Assembly: GCA_043732305.1 (NCBI GenBank) | Contig: JAYTHU010000075.1 | Span: 12,849-76,848 of the forward strand | Source: Oligoflexia bacterium | GTDB lineage: Bacteria; Bdellovibrionota; Bdellovibrionia; JABDDW01 | Direction: 5' to 3' | Length of the DNA: 64,000 nt | In this document: piece after piece, positions 1 through 12,737 of the stretch | Layout of the letters: each line of letters opens with the position of its first letter | Position numbering within the stretch: the stretch's first letter is position 1 | The notes under the pieces: generated by a model | The model's input: only the letters and a program-made list of their open reading frames with translations | The model's database searches: none | What the model was told of the DNA's origin: nothing | Translations under genes and position numbers: made by a program

Positions 1-30
1 ACAACTCTCAGGAAAATAGGTTTGTTCATT

Positions 31-306
31 TCACTTTGCCTTTTCTATGTCCTCTGATGTTTTCGTCATTTCGGGAATAAAATTTTCCCGCATCTTGATG
101 AGTTTTCCAAAGTTGAATTGCTTTTTTTGCAAAAGGTAGAAGAGTTCAGGCTTTTTCACATCTCCCTGAATCAGCTGATCTTCAAAATCGACGTTTGTGC
201 GTTTTTGTTTCTGTTGAGCATACACGCGCCCCTGAGGCCAGACGATTACCGTAAGGCTCACAGAAAAAATTAAGAATGAGAAACAACCTTTAAGGATTCT
301 TTCCAC
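31..306 (-). CDS. gltF: Gliding motility protein GltF/CglF-like
   Basis: Signal/TM segment followed by DFEDQLIQGDVKKP...LIKMRENF motif; lies after gltE in the operon. Confidence 0.75.
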   Translation of the reverse strand: MERILKGCFSFLIFSVSLTVIVWPQGRVYAQQKQKRTNVDFEDQLIQGDVKKPELFYLLQKKQFNFGKLIKMRENFIPEMTKTSEDIEKAK

Positions 307-1243
307 TTGGTTTCCCTTTGTTATCCATCTTTGCTTCCAGCATATGGCTTAGAACATTAGCTTTTTCAAGTATAGCAGAGTCTCTCGCGACAGTTCGCAA
401 TTTATTCAAAATTTTGGTGGCCTTCGATGAATCATTTGTTCGCTCGACCAATAATGAAGCGTAATTCAAAAGTACAAATTGATTGTTAGGATCTTTGTTG
501 ATCGCCTTTTCATAAACGTCCTGAGCTCCAGAAATTTTTCCCGCTCCTCGAAGTGCAAAACCTAAGTTGCTCAGTGCGTCCGGACTATTGTCCCCATTGT
601 TGACAGCCAGTTGCAATTCATCGGCGGCGTTAGTGTAATTTCGGTACTGAAGATAAATTGTTCCGAGATTCACATGAGCAGATTTATTACTAGAATCAAG
701 CTCGATTGACTTTTTAAAATCCACAAGCGCAGATCTTAAATTTTCATTTTTCATTTCGATCACGCCCAGATTATTATAGGCAGTCGCGTTCCGAGAATCT
801 TTGCTCAAAACTTTACCAATGAACATGCGAGCCATCTCGAACTTTCCCTGGTCGATGTACATGATAGAAAGTCCATTTAGAATTTTTGTGTCTCTAGGAT
901 TTCTGGAAAGGATTTCAGTGGCCGCATCCAAAACAGCGGGATAGTGATGTGACTTGAGCGCGTCGCTAAATTTCTTGTAGGATTCACCCGTGGTAGGACC
1001 CACAACTACTGCCGCATTCACAGCAGATGCTTTCTTTTCTGAACTCTGATTCCCATTATCATCCAATAGATCTGAGGCATCACGTGGAGTAGCTGCAGAA
1101 AAATCAGAACTGTCCGTGATTTCTGATGAGCCAGCGTTGTTACTTGAAGCTGAATTGGATTCCGATTTCTTTTGATTGCTTGAACAGGAAACCAAGAATG
1201 CCGCGAGGACAAAAAAAGGATAATATTTTATCTGTTTTTTCAT
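290..1243 (-). CDS. gltE: TPR lipoprotein GltE/AglT-like
   Basis: Lipobox LVSC, TPR repeats (AYNNLGV, AHVNLG, ALSNLG), glt context. Confidence 0.7.
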   Translation of the reverse strand: MKKQIKYYPFFVLAAFLVSCSSNQKKSESNSASSNNAGSSEITDSSDFSAATPRDASDLLDDNGNQSSEKKASAVNAAVVVGPTTGESYKKFSDALKSHHYPAVLDAATEILSRNPRDTKILNGLSIMYIDQGKFEMARMFIGKVLSKDSRNATAYNNLGVIEMKNENLRSALVDFKKSIELDSSNKSAHVNLGTIYLQYRNYTNAADELQLAVNNGDNSPDALSNLGFALRGAGKISGAQDVYEKAINKDPNNQFVLLNYASLLVERTNDSSKATKILNKLRTVARDSAILEKANVLSHMLEAKMDNKGKPSGKNP

Positions 1244-4200
1244 AACATCCCCATGTCATCGGTTCTCAAGATCGGCAACACCAGTTCTTTAGGTTCGCCA
1301 AACTTATCTGGTTGTTTCTTCGCCATCGCATCGAGAGCCGTCTTGGTCCACTGACTGTAAAAATTTATTTGATAACTTTTGTTGATCGCGAGTGTGTAAT
1401 TCTCTATAGCCTTCTCCATCAAGGGACGTGCAAGACCATCCACGCCTTTTTTGTAAGCTTCCATCTCTTGCGCATTCAGATCCTTGGGAAGCGGAGAATT
1501 ATAAATAGTCATCCCCATGTGGTCGTAAGCTTTTCCAAGGGTAGTGAGAGAGGCGATAATCATGTTTCCATCGTCATATTTTATGACGTCAGAAAGTTCA
1601 TTCGAAAGTTTGGTGAGTAATCCGAGTTTCTGTTTAACGGCTTCACCTTGTTTTTTAGGATTTGCAGGTATTCGTAAGTTCACGAGATCATTGTAGGTCT
1701 GCTGCGTGAGATTGAATTTACTTTCAGCCGCCCATGCCGCTCCCACATTCTTTCCACGACTAGCAAAATTTCTCTGAACACTGACTGTGCGTGCAAATTC
1801 TTTTTCTGCGTCCGCATGCTTTCCGCGTCGCTGACTGATCTCAGCTAAACGAAAATAGGATTCAACGATTTTATCTGCATCGGAGTCACCAGAATTAATA
1901 AACTTTTGGTAATTGTCTTCGGCAGCTTTCAAGTGGCCAGCTTTTTCATGGATTTTGGCGATAGTATAAAGGACCTGGGTGCGTTCTTTTCTATGAGAAG
2001 TCTCATAATATTTCTCATAATCACTGATCGATTTGTAGAATTCTTTCTGACCTTCCCAGATCACCGCTGCATTGAAATAAAGATCTGGACTGACTTTGTC
2101 GCTTGGATTTTCTTTAGCGTATCGCTCAAAAAGAACGGCAGCTTTGTCAAACTGACTGGTCTGCTCATAAAGTCGCCCCAAAAGCAGCATGCTTTTTTGT
2201 TTCAGCTTTTCGTTATTCTTGTTAGGGGCCACTTGAACTTTTTGGTACATGGCAATGGCAGAAGGTAAATTTCCAGCTCGTTCGTAATTGATTCCGGAGT
2301 TATAAGACGCAGAAGCAGACAATGCGCTTTGTGGATAATTTCTTGAGAAATCCCCAAAGGCTTTGGCACTCGCTTCATAATTTTTAGTGCCTTCAAGATC
2401 CTGAGCTTTCTTGAAGCTTGCACTTTCAACGAGGTTTCTCACATCGGTTTGAAAACCTTGTTGGGTGAGATCTTTATTTCTCATGTAGGCAAGGCCTTCA
2501 CGAGAAAGATTGTCGTAATCTTTTCTCAAATTGTGAATATCCAAAATCAAGTTGGCCGAATATACCGCGTAAGGAGTACGGGGATGCATGGCTATGATCT
2601 GACGGAAGATTTTAATCGAATCATCAAAATGATTATAGCCATAATGCAAACGCCCGATCTTGAACTTAACGTCGACTACTTTATTGCCACGAGGGAATTC
2701 TAAGATGTATTTTTCGGCGGCAGCAATAAATGAAGTTTCAGATTCTCCAAAAGCCACGGGATTGAGATTTGAACCCACTGCAACTTTGATCTGGTCGTCT
2801 GTTTTTAGATTTTTTTCCAATGACAAAAGAGTATTGAGAACAGCTTGCTCGTAATACTTTCCCTTGGGTTCGCGCTCAGCAACCACTCGATATTCTTTTC
2901 CGGCCTCGTTGAAATCATTGAGTGAATAGAGAAGCTCACCGTAAAAGAAATGCATCTCGGTGCCATGAGTAGAATCGCCGAATTTACTTAAGTAAAGGCG
3001 ATAGGCATCTTTGGCGGATGAGGCATCAGGCTTCTTAGCGCTATTCTGATAATTTTTGTGGAGAGTCAAAGTGTAATTGCGCATGGAGGTCTCACGCAAA
3101 GTGCTGGAGTCTTCAATTAACTTTTTATTGTCTTTATTCGCTTCGGCCCAATCACTTCCGGGACCATAATTGTCTATCCAGGTGTAAAGCTCTTGACGGT
3201 ATGCAGGCTGATTTTTGAGTGTCGAAAAATTTTGCACGATTTGATATTGATAATCAAAAGCTTTGGGAGCCTTAGGATTTCGATCGAGCAATTGCCTGAA
3301 AACATAGCGTGCGTCTTCTTTTTTACCTTGGTCACTGTAAACGTAAGCTAATTTTTCAAGCATGGGATACTGAACGGTTTCGCCACCAATGCGCAGGAAA
3401 TACTCTGAAGCTGAACGGTAATCACCGCCTTCGCTATAAAACAAAACTAAGTCTTTGAGAGCTTCACTGCCTAAACGAATACGGCTGACAGCTTTTCGAC
3501 CTTCAGGAGAATCGCTGTTTTGCATTCCCGCGCGACTGACATGAATAACTTCTTCTAAAGATTTGATCGCATCGCCAGCGCGCTCCATGCGGAACTGACA
3601 CCAGGCAAGTTTATAAAGTCCGAAAGTATACAGACGTGCTCGTCGATTTTTAAGAACTTCTGCGTAGTAGTGATAGGCTTCTTTCATCTTATTGTTATCA
3701 AAATAATAGTCACCCAAAGCAAAATTAGCCTCGGAAACGTAAGCAGAGTTGGGATATTTTTCAGTCAACTTTTTGTAATACGCGATGCCTTTTTGAAGCT
3801 GGCCCATCTCAACGTGATTGTAACCCAAGAAAAAGAGCGCTTGCTCGGCTCGTTCGTCTTTAGGAAAATCTCTAAGGAACCATTCGTAAAGTTTGATGGC
3901 CTTCACATTGTACTCATAAGAACCATTTAAATTCAATTTAGGCTTCGAACCTTTTTTAGCTTCGTACAAAGCAAATTTGTCGTCGTATTCTTTTTGAACT
4001 CGAAGCTCTATGTACTTAGCTTTCTCTACATAAGCTTCGGCCAATCGCAACCAAAGTTGGCCACGGTTTTTACCTTTTCCATATTTCTGGGTCAAATGAT
4101 AGAGCTCATTTATCTGCTGATCAGTGATAGCTTCTAATTTATCTTCATCAGTTCCAGAATCTTTAAATATCTCACCACTCTGGGGAGGCTTCACTTGTGC

Positions 4201-4422
4201 AAGCGATGCGCCACTGGGGAAAGAGTTTCTCCCATTAGTATTAGCTTCAGGAATGACAAAGTTTTTCTTTTTAATGGAAAGGTCACCACCACGACTAGAA
4301 CTATTGATATTTTCCATCATGTCATTAATGGTAGTTTTTTTCTTCTTACTCGCATCAGCCGTTACACTGAGAGCAATAGTTCCCACAAGCAAGAATGTTA
4401 TTCCGGAATTTTTTATTCGCAT
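1240..4422 (-). CDS. gltD: Large TPR gliding motility protein GltD/AgmU-like
   Basis: 1060 aa, signal peptide, many TPRs, between gltC and gltE. Confidence 0.75.
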   Translation of the reverse strand: MRIKNSGITFLLVGTIALSVTADASKKKKTTINDMMENINSSSRGGDLSIKKKNFVIPEANTNGRNSFPSGASLAQVKPPQSGEIFKDSGTDEDKLEAITDQQINELYHLTQKYGKGKNRGQLWLRLAEAYVEKAKYIELRVQKEYDDKFALYEAKKGSKPKLNLNGSYEYNVKAIKLYEWFLRDFPKDERAEQALFFLGYNHVEMGQLQKGIAYYKKLTEKYPNSAYVSEANFALGDYYFDNNKMKEAYHYYAEVLKNRRARLYTFGLYKLAWCQFRMERAGDAIKSLEEVIHVSRAGMQNSDSPEGRKAVSRIRLGSEALKDLVLFYSEGGDYRSASEYFLRIGGETVQYPMLEKLAYVYSDQGKKEDARYVFRQLLDRNPKAPKAFDYQYQIVQNFSTLKNQPAYRQELYTWIDNYGPGSDWAEANKDNKKLIEDSSTLRETSMRNYTLTLHKNYQNSAKKPDASSAKDAYRLYLSKFGDSTHGTEMHFFYGELLYSLNDFNEAGKEYRVVAEREPKGKYYEQAVLNTLLSLEKNLKTDDQIKVAVGSNLNPVAFGESETSFIAAAEKYILEFPRGNKVVDVKFKIGRLHYGYNHFDDSIKIFRQIIAMHPRTPYAVYSANLILDIHNLRKDYDNLSREGLAYMRNKDLTQQGFQTDVRNLVESASFKKAQDLEGTKNYEASAKAFGDFSRNYPQSALSASASYNSGINYERAGNLPSAIAMYQKVQVAPNKNNEKLKQKSMLLLGRLYEQTSQFDKAAVLFERYAKENPSDKVSPDLYFNAAVIWEGQKEFYKSISDYEKYYETSHRKERTQVLYTIAKIHEKAGHLKAAEDNYQKFINSGDSDADKIVESYFRLAEISQRRGKHADAEKEFARTVSVQRNFASRGKNVGAAWAAESKFNLTQQTYNDLVNLRIPANPKKQGEAVKQKLGLLTKLSNELSDVIKYDDGNMIIASLTTLGKAYDHMGMTIYNSPLPKDLNAQEMEAYKKGVDGLARPLMEKAIENYTLAINKSYQINFYSQWTKTALDAMAKKQPDKFGEPKELVLPILRTDDMGML

Positions 4423-6026
4423 CCTTGAGTCCCTAAGTAATGGTAGTTTCCAATTTCATCGAGCCAGTACTCACCATCAAACGGCCAATACTGATATCCA
4501 TTTTGAATGTAAAAATCGCGATTATTTGCGTCGTCCACGTGAACCGTGCGCAATCCTTTTCCTTGAATGCGTTTCTTCAAAGCTTCTTTCTTACCATTGA
4601 TCATTTCGTATTTGCCGAAGCTGTACTGCTCGAATAAATCCGCCAGCTCATTTTTCATTGAGACAATGTGATTTTTAGCAATGGTTCCGGCAAGTCTTTC
4701 ACTCGTTGCAAGCCGCCCACGAATAAGTTGCGCAGAATACTGTCCTACGGCGGAAGCTTTCCATCGAGGAGATTTATGCATCACATTTGTATATTCACCG
4801 CGAAGTCTTGAGATGTATGTGTAGGTATGTTTGAAATCCCCTTCTTTCATGATGTTTCTAGCCACCAAGAAAGGAATTCGATAGTTGCGTCGAGCCTTGA
4901 CATCACCCTTGAGAACATCAAAATTGCGGATGATTTTTTCAATCTCCGTGTAATAGTTTGCGGGATCTTGAAATTCGCTAGTGAATTGAATGAGATTATC
5001 TTGCACGGGCTTATAGATTTTTTCAAACAAGGCCAAAGTTTTTCCCATCTCATCGTATTGGCAAATGTAGAGATAAACTATTCCGCGCAATAAAATAGAT
5101 TCTGGCAAATAAAAGTCATCGTAATAAGGCGAATGCAATGAATGCAAATTGCTCAAAACTGATCTGAAATGTGCAGCTCTCATATGAGCCCAGCTCGATT
5201 CAAAAAGTGCATCGTGCCAAAGCTGAGTGTCTTTTGGAACTTGACGATAAAGATCAATCGCCAAATCCCACTTCTGCATTTGATATGCCACTCGAGCCAT
5301 TCCCATCACACCGGCCACGCGATCTTCATCAGTGATGCCAGACTCTTTGCGATTTTCAGCCAACACAGTGAATGCTTTCATAGCTTCTGGAAGATGATTG
5401 GCTTTAGTGAGCGCTAATCCTTCCATGTATTTTGCTTTAGTAAAATAAGGTGATGAAGCTTGCACGCGTGCAAAATTTCCCGCAGCATCGTTGAACTTAT
5501 CTTTTCTCATTAGAAATTCACCAACGCGAAATCTAAGCATGTCCTGACTTTCACGAGGGAAGTCATCCACATTTACTTTTCCAATGGCATAATTCAAAAG
5601 AGTGTCATCGTTAAGTGCGTCTGCCACCAAAGAGAGTTTTTGCAGAGATTGCCTTACATATGTCGACTTTCCATCTCTTATCACATCGACGAATTGAAAT
5701 GCGGATACTTGATACATTTTCATTTCATAAAACATCAAACCCAAGATGTATTTAATCCGAGATCTTTGTTCAATATATTTTGGATTGCGCGATAAATTAA
5801 ACAGCATTTGGCTCGCGCCTTCGTAATTCTTCTGATTGGCCATGGCCAGAGCTTGTCTCAAATCAGAATCATCCATTGCAGGCTGTGCCGCCTTGGCGAT
5901 TGGAGCTTTTGTGATTTTTCCGGCACCTGGTGAAGTTTTTGTAGCGGCAAAAACTATTCCGCAAGTCGAACTCAAACTCAGTGCGAGATAGATCGCAAAT
6001 TTCTTTTGTGCGCGCTTCATTTTCAT
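4413..6026 (-). CDS. gltC: Gliding motility TPR protein GltC
   Basis: C-terminal YWPFDGEYWLDEIGNY motif, FESSWA motif, TPRs. Confidence 0.85.
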   Translation of the reverse strand: MKMKRAQKKFAIYLALSLSSTCGIVFAATKTSPGAGKITKAPIAKAAQPAMDDSDLRQALAMANQKNYEGASQMLFNLSRNPKYIEQRSRIKYILGLMFYEMKMYQVSAFQFVDVIRDGKSTYVRQSLQKLSLVADALNDDTLLNYAIGKVNVDDFPRESQDMLRFRVGEFLMRKDKFNDAAGNFARVQASSPYFTKAKYMEGLALTKANHLPEAMKAFTVLAENRKESGITDEDRVAGVMGMARVAYQMQKWDLAIDLYRQVPKDTQLWHDALFESSWAHMRAAHFRSVLSNLHSLHSPYYDDFYLPESILLRGIVYLYICQYDEMGKTLALFEKIYKPVQDNLIQFTSEFQDPANYYTEIEKIIRNFDVLKGDVKARRNYRIPFLVARNIMKEGDFKHTYTYISRLRGEYTNVMHKSPRWKASAVGQYSAQLIRGRLATSERLAGTIAKNHIVSMKNELADLFEQYSFGKYEMINGKKEALKKRIQGKGLRTVHVDDANNRDFYIQNGYQYWPFDGEYWLDEIGNYHYLGTQGCE

Positions 6027-6862
6027 TATCTATACTCCGCGTCTGGGAACAGAAAACTCATCCCGATTGTGGCGTAGATATTTGAGTAGCTCGAACTTGT
6101 GGAAGATCCCGATGGCGAAACCTGCGACGTCGATGAGTAGGCGTAATAGCTGATGTCCACTCTAAGCGCTGTCCACTTGCTAAGCGCATACATCTCACCC
6201 ACACCCAGATGAAGTGTTGGTGGCGACGTGCTTTGGTTGGTCGCAGTTACACCACCACCGAGAGACAAGTAAATGTCAAAGGGGGTGATGCTCCGATTCA
6301 TGAATCCCATTTTTCCATAGAGAGGAGACCACTTGAAATCCAAACCGTAGAAAGTTGTGGGAGTGGCAAAGGCATTTGTTTGAATTGAATCAGCTGCAAG
6401 TTCATTGGTAACGGTTTTATTGCTGCTTGAGATCCAGCTACCAGTAAGCTCAACTCCGTAATTCTCAGAGAAATAGTATGCGGCTCTCAGTCCGTATGAA
6501 AAATCTGTGAAAAACGCGTCATTGATCACCATGCCGATGTTGGGAAACAATTCAAATCGGCCAGTCTTCGGTAAAAATCTTTTATTGATCACAGCAATAT
6601 CACTGAACGCGGAGAGATTACCTAACCCGGTAAGGCCGCTGTCTTCGGCTTTAGGGGTAGCCGAATTTTTTGTAGCTGGCCTTACTTCTCTGATTTGTGG
6701 TGCGGATTCTTTCAGCGCTTTTTCGTAACTTGAATCATCTTGAGTCGTGCTGTTGACATCGAAGGGAATTTCATCTTCGGCCAATACCTTTGGAGAAAAC
6801 AAAGTTCCGCCGACAATAAGCACGAGAAGTATAGAATTTTTAAAACCGCCTGTTTTACTCAT
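6026..6862 (-). CDS. Outer-membrane beta-barrel protein, GltA/GltB-like
   Basis: Signal peptide, K.GRFEL.P...NDAF and WSPLYGK motifs; stop overlaps gltC start by 1 bp. Confidence 0.75.
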   Translation of the reverse strand: MSKTGGFKNSILLVLIVGGTLFSPKVLAEDEIPFDVNSTTQDDSSYEKALKESAPQIREVRPATKNSATPKAEDSGLTGLGNLSAFSDIAVINKRFLPKTGRFELFPNIGMVINDAFFTDFSYGLRAAYYFSENYGVELTGSWISSSNKTVTNELAADSIQTNAFATPTTFYGLDFKWSPLYGKMGFMNRSITPFDIYLSLGGGVTATNQSTSPPTLHLGVGEMYALSKWTALRVDISYYAYSSTSQVSPSGSSTSSSYSNIYATIGMSFLFPDAEYR

Positions 6863-6917
6863 TCACCGTATCCTTGGTGTTGAACTCGTTCAGTTGAATT
6901 CCTATTTTAATTTCCTA

Positions 6918-7652
6918 TTAATTTCCGGGCAAATTCGGAAATAAATAAACTACTCCTACAGTTCCCATTGTGTTTGTGTACAAAGATTGTGCGGCTGGAA
7001 CAGCAACGACATCGGTCCTTTGATAAAACATTGCCCGCAATTCAAGTTTAAGTCCGAAGTTTCGAGTGAAAAATAATTTCTGATCGATCCCGATCATTCC
7101 AGCAGCACTGCTTGTGCCAAGACCAGACGGCGAAGTCATACTCACCGTTCCCGCGCCGCCAAATACGGAGAAAGTCATATTCATGACACCTTGTTTTGTG
7201 AAACTGATTTTACCGTAATAGGGGGTGAACTCATAAACCACAAATAAATCGTATTTTACGATCGGCGAATTGTTGAAAGGAATTTGAGCGGCCAATGGCG
7301 CAGCCGAAGAATTTTGAATCTGACTCACGTACTGACTCTGCTGACCAAAATGGTAATCTCCAACAACACCAACCGAATGATACTCGTTGAAATTGTAAAA
7401 AATATTTCCACCGACAGGAAACGTGTTACTCCAAGGATCATTAAACATCGCGCCGAAATTTACGCCAACTTGCACGCGTCCAGTGTAGGGAACGTGTTTT
7501 CTCTTTACCGCTTCTTGTTGGTCGAAAACTGGCAACACACTTTCGCGCGCCAGCTCATCTTCATTGAATTTTATTGTTTCCGCCTGAACGTGCGATGAAA
7601 TAAAAGTCCAAATCAAAAAATTAAGTAACAAAAGTGTGAACCAAGCCTTCAT
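6918..7652 (-). CDS. Outer-membrane beta-barrel protein, GltA/GltB-like paralog
   Basis: Signal peptide, FTPYYGK motif, paralogous to neighbour; ATGA overlap with kdsC. Confidence 0.75.
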   Translation of the reverse strand: MKAWFTLLLLNFLIWTFISSHVQAETIKFNEDELARESVLPVFDQQEAVKRKHVPYTGRVQVGVNFGAMFNDPWSNTFPVGGNIFYNFNEYHSVGVVGDYHFGQQSQYVSQIQNSSAAPLAAQIPFNNSPIVKYDLFVVYEFTPYYGKISFTKQGVMNMTFSVFGGAGTVSMTSPSGLGTSSAAGMIGIDQKLFFTRNFGLKLELRAMFYQRTDVVAVPAAQSLYTNTMGTVGVVYLFPNLPGN

Positions 7653-8203
7653 GAAGCCTTCCGTTTTCTTTTTGTAGGTAATTTCTTAGTAGCAGGATTT
7701 TTACTGAAGGCGCCGTGCTGACGAATGAGATCGGCGAGTTCGCGAACGGCACCTTTTCCGCCCGCTACTTTGGTCACAGCGTGTGCAGCATCTTTAACTT
7801 CTTTGACCGCATGTGGAACCGTGAACGCTACGCCAACTCGCTCTAAAAGGGGGATGTCATAGACTTCATCACCGATGTAGGCAACTTCGTCTTCTTTCAA
7901 TCCCAATTTCACAAGGATTGCATCGAAACACGGAGTTTTATCCAAGGCATCGAGATAAACATGTTTTATTTTCAGATGTTCCATGCGTTTGATAACGTCT
8001 GCGGACCGACCGCCGGAAATCACTCCGACTTCATAACCCGCTTCCATCAAAAGCTTCAGGCCCACACCATCTAAGGTGTGGAAAAAACGGCACCACTGGC
8101 CGCTCTCATTCACCCAAAGTCTTCCATCGGTGAGAACGCCATCAATGTCGCAAATTAGCATCCGGACTCTTTTGAGTCGCTGTTGTAGTGGGCGCATACT
8201 CAT
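7649..8203 (-). CDS. kdsC: KDO 8-phosphate phosphatase
   Basis: HAD motifs DIDGVLTDG and YIGDEVYD. Confidence 0.93.
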   Translation of the reverse strand: MSMRPLQQRLKRVRMLICDIDGVLTDGRLWVNESGQWCRFFHTLDGVGLKLLMEAGYEVGVISGGRSADVIKRMEHLKIKHVYLDALDKTPCFDAILVKLGLKEDEVAYIGDEVYDIPLLERVGVAFTVPHAVKEVKDAAHAVTKVAGGKGAVRELADLIRQHGAFSKNPATKKLPTKRKRKAS

Positions 8204-8265
8204 AGAATTATTACAGGTTTTACTCTTAAAAACTAGTTCATCACAAATTACTAGACCTTCATCCC

Positions 8266-8422
8266 AAAAGGTACCAGCTTCCTTTTTGTCCAGACATGCG
8301 TCATTTTAGGTAGATTGCAAAAATTTATTAAGCTTAGTTAGGAACTAGACATGAAAACATCATGAGGTTCATTAGCCATGCATAAATGATGCGCTGCTGG
8401 ACAAAAAGGAAGCTGGTACCTT

Positions 8423-8424
<2 letters not shown>
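8266..8424. repeat. Inverted pair of REP-like elements (REPIN-like)
   Basis: 8266-8293 AAAAGGTACCAGCTTCCTTTTTGTCCAG is the exact reverse complement of 8397-8424; 103-bp spacer; third copy at 20324-20362. Confidence 0.85.
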
Positions 8425-11223
<2,799 letters not shown>

Positions 11224-11231
11224 CTAACTCC

Positions 11232-11996
11232 TTATCGTGATCTTTTTGCTAAAATTTCCTCTACTTTTAGCACATCTTGAGGGGTATCGACACCCCAAGA
11301 TTCAAATTTTGTCAAAATCACGCGAATGGGTTGTCCCATCCAAAGTGCTCTCAGTTGTTCGAGAGCTTCCCCGTTTTCGATTGCGGTAGGAGCCTGAGCA
11401 CAAAAGGTTTTCAAAAATGCTTTGCGGTACCCATAGAGGCCAATATGCTTCACGCAGGCATAACCGCCCGCTTCCCCAGGAGTATTTCGAGTGTGCGGAA
11501 TCGGAAGACGACTAAAATACATCGCGTTGTGATCTCTGGTCAGAACAATTTTTGCAATATTTTGACTCAAGAAGTCTTCATGATTTTGAAATGGTTTAGC
11601 CAAAGTGGCCATTTGAACAGATGCATCCTGAAAAGCGTCTGCCAGTGAATCTAAAGGTTCACCGTAAATCAAAGGTTCATCGCCTTGAATATTTAGCACC
11701 ACGTCAAAATCTTTGTTTTGAACTGCAGCCCAAACACGATCAGAACCAGATGGTAAATCGGGATCCGTCATGACAACTTCCACACCGCTTTTTCGCGCAA
11801 GTGCGGCGATCTCTTCATGATCTGTAGCAACAATTATTTCCGAAAGTTTTTTGCACTGCTTGGCACCCTCGATCACATGCGTGATCAATGCTTTGCCTGC
11901 TATTAATTTCAAAGGCTTTCCGGGAAATCTTGTGGAAGCAAACCGAGAAGGAATAACTCCAATGACTTTCAAATTATTTGATGTTGAAGAGGTCAT
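11232..11996 (-). CDS. kdsB: CMP-KDO synthetase
   Basis: IPSRFASTRFPGKPL, QGDEP, EQLRAL; start chosen at ATG 11996 (ATGA overlap with engB). Confidence 0.95.
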   Translation of the reverse strand: MTSSTSNNLKVIGVIPSRFASTRFPGKPLKLIAGKALITHVIEGAKQCKKLSEIIVATDHEEIAALARKSGVEVVMTDPDLPSGSDRVWAAVQNKDFDVVLNIQGDEPLIYGEPLDSLADAFQDASVQMATLAKPFQNHEDFLSQNIAKIVLTRDHNAMYFSRLPIPHTRNTPGEAGGYACVKHIGLYGYRKAFLKTFCAQAPTAIENGEALEQLRALWMGQPIRVILTKFESWGVDTPQDVLKVEEILAKRSR

Positions 11997-12586
11997 TTTT
12001 TTTGTATCCACTGGCTGAAAATAAAACTCTCTAACTCACGTACACCTTCTTTTTTCAAAGAAGAAATAAAATGAAAAAAGCTATCATCCTCACCGGTAGA
12101 AACTCGCCACACAGTTTTGTGATGCTCAAGTTCTTTTCGAGAAAGTTTATCTATCTTGGAGAGCACGCACGCCAAATAAATGCCGCGGGTTTTACATAGA
12201 TCGCGGATCATTTCTTCGTCGCCCGTCCATTCGCGACGAATATCACAGATGAGAATAATTCCTCTGAGAGTAGGTCTGCGTTCAAAGTATTGATGAATCA
12301 TCTCGATCCACATATCTTTTTCAGCAAGATCCCGGGCGGCGTAGCCGTAGCCAGGAAGATCGACGAGAGAATAATTTTCGCCAACATCAAAGAAGTTAAT
12401 GAGGCGAGTTTTTCCTGGCGTCGAACTGATCTTGGCCATCTTTTCTGATCCAACCATCGCATTCAGCAGGCTGCTCTTTCCAGCGTTGGACCTTCCTACC
12501 ATGGCAATCTCAGGCCTGTGACCTTCGGGGTAATCTTCAGACCAAACGGCACTTTTTATGAATTTAGCTTTTAGCGTTTTTTGCAT
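11993..12586 (-). CDS. engB: Ribosome biogenesis GTPase YihA/YsxC
   Basis: GRSNAGKSS, PGKT, DLPGYG and KIDK motifs. Confidence 0.95.
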   Translation of the reverse strand: MQKTLKAKFIKSAVWSEDYPEGHRPEIAMVGRSNAGKSSLLNAMVGSEKMAKISSTPGKTRLINFFDVGENYSLVDLPGYGYAARDLAEKDMWIEMIHQYFERRPTLRGIILICDIRREWTGDEEMIRDLCKTRGIYLACVLSKIDKLSRKELEHHKTVWRVSTGEDDSFFHFISSLKKEGVRELESFIFSQWIQKK

Positions 12587-12737
12587 ATTGTAAAAAAGTC
12601 ATGAGAAAAATTATTTGTCAACTGCAAGATCTCTTGCTGTCGAAATGATTCGAAATAAGCCACGTTAGCCCTCGGTTTGGCATCAATTATGTATTCAACT
12701 GGAGAAAAGATTCAAAAATTTTAAGGAGACTCGGCCT

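Noticed and set aside
12678..12692. sigma54 promoter TGGCATCAATTATGT upstream of the activator
   Set aside because: The -12 element is GT rather than GC; possible but not supported enough
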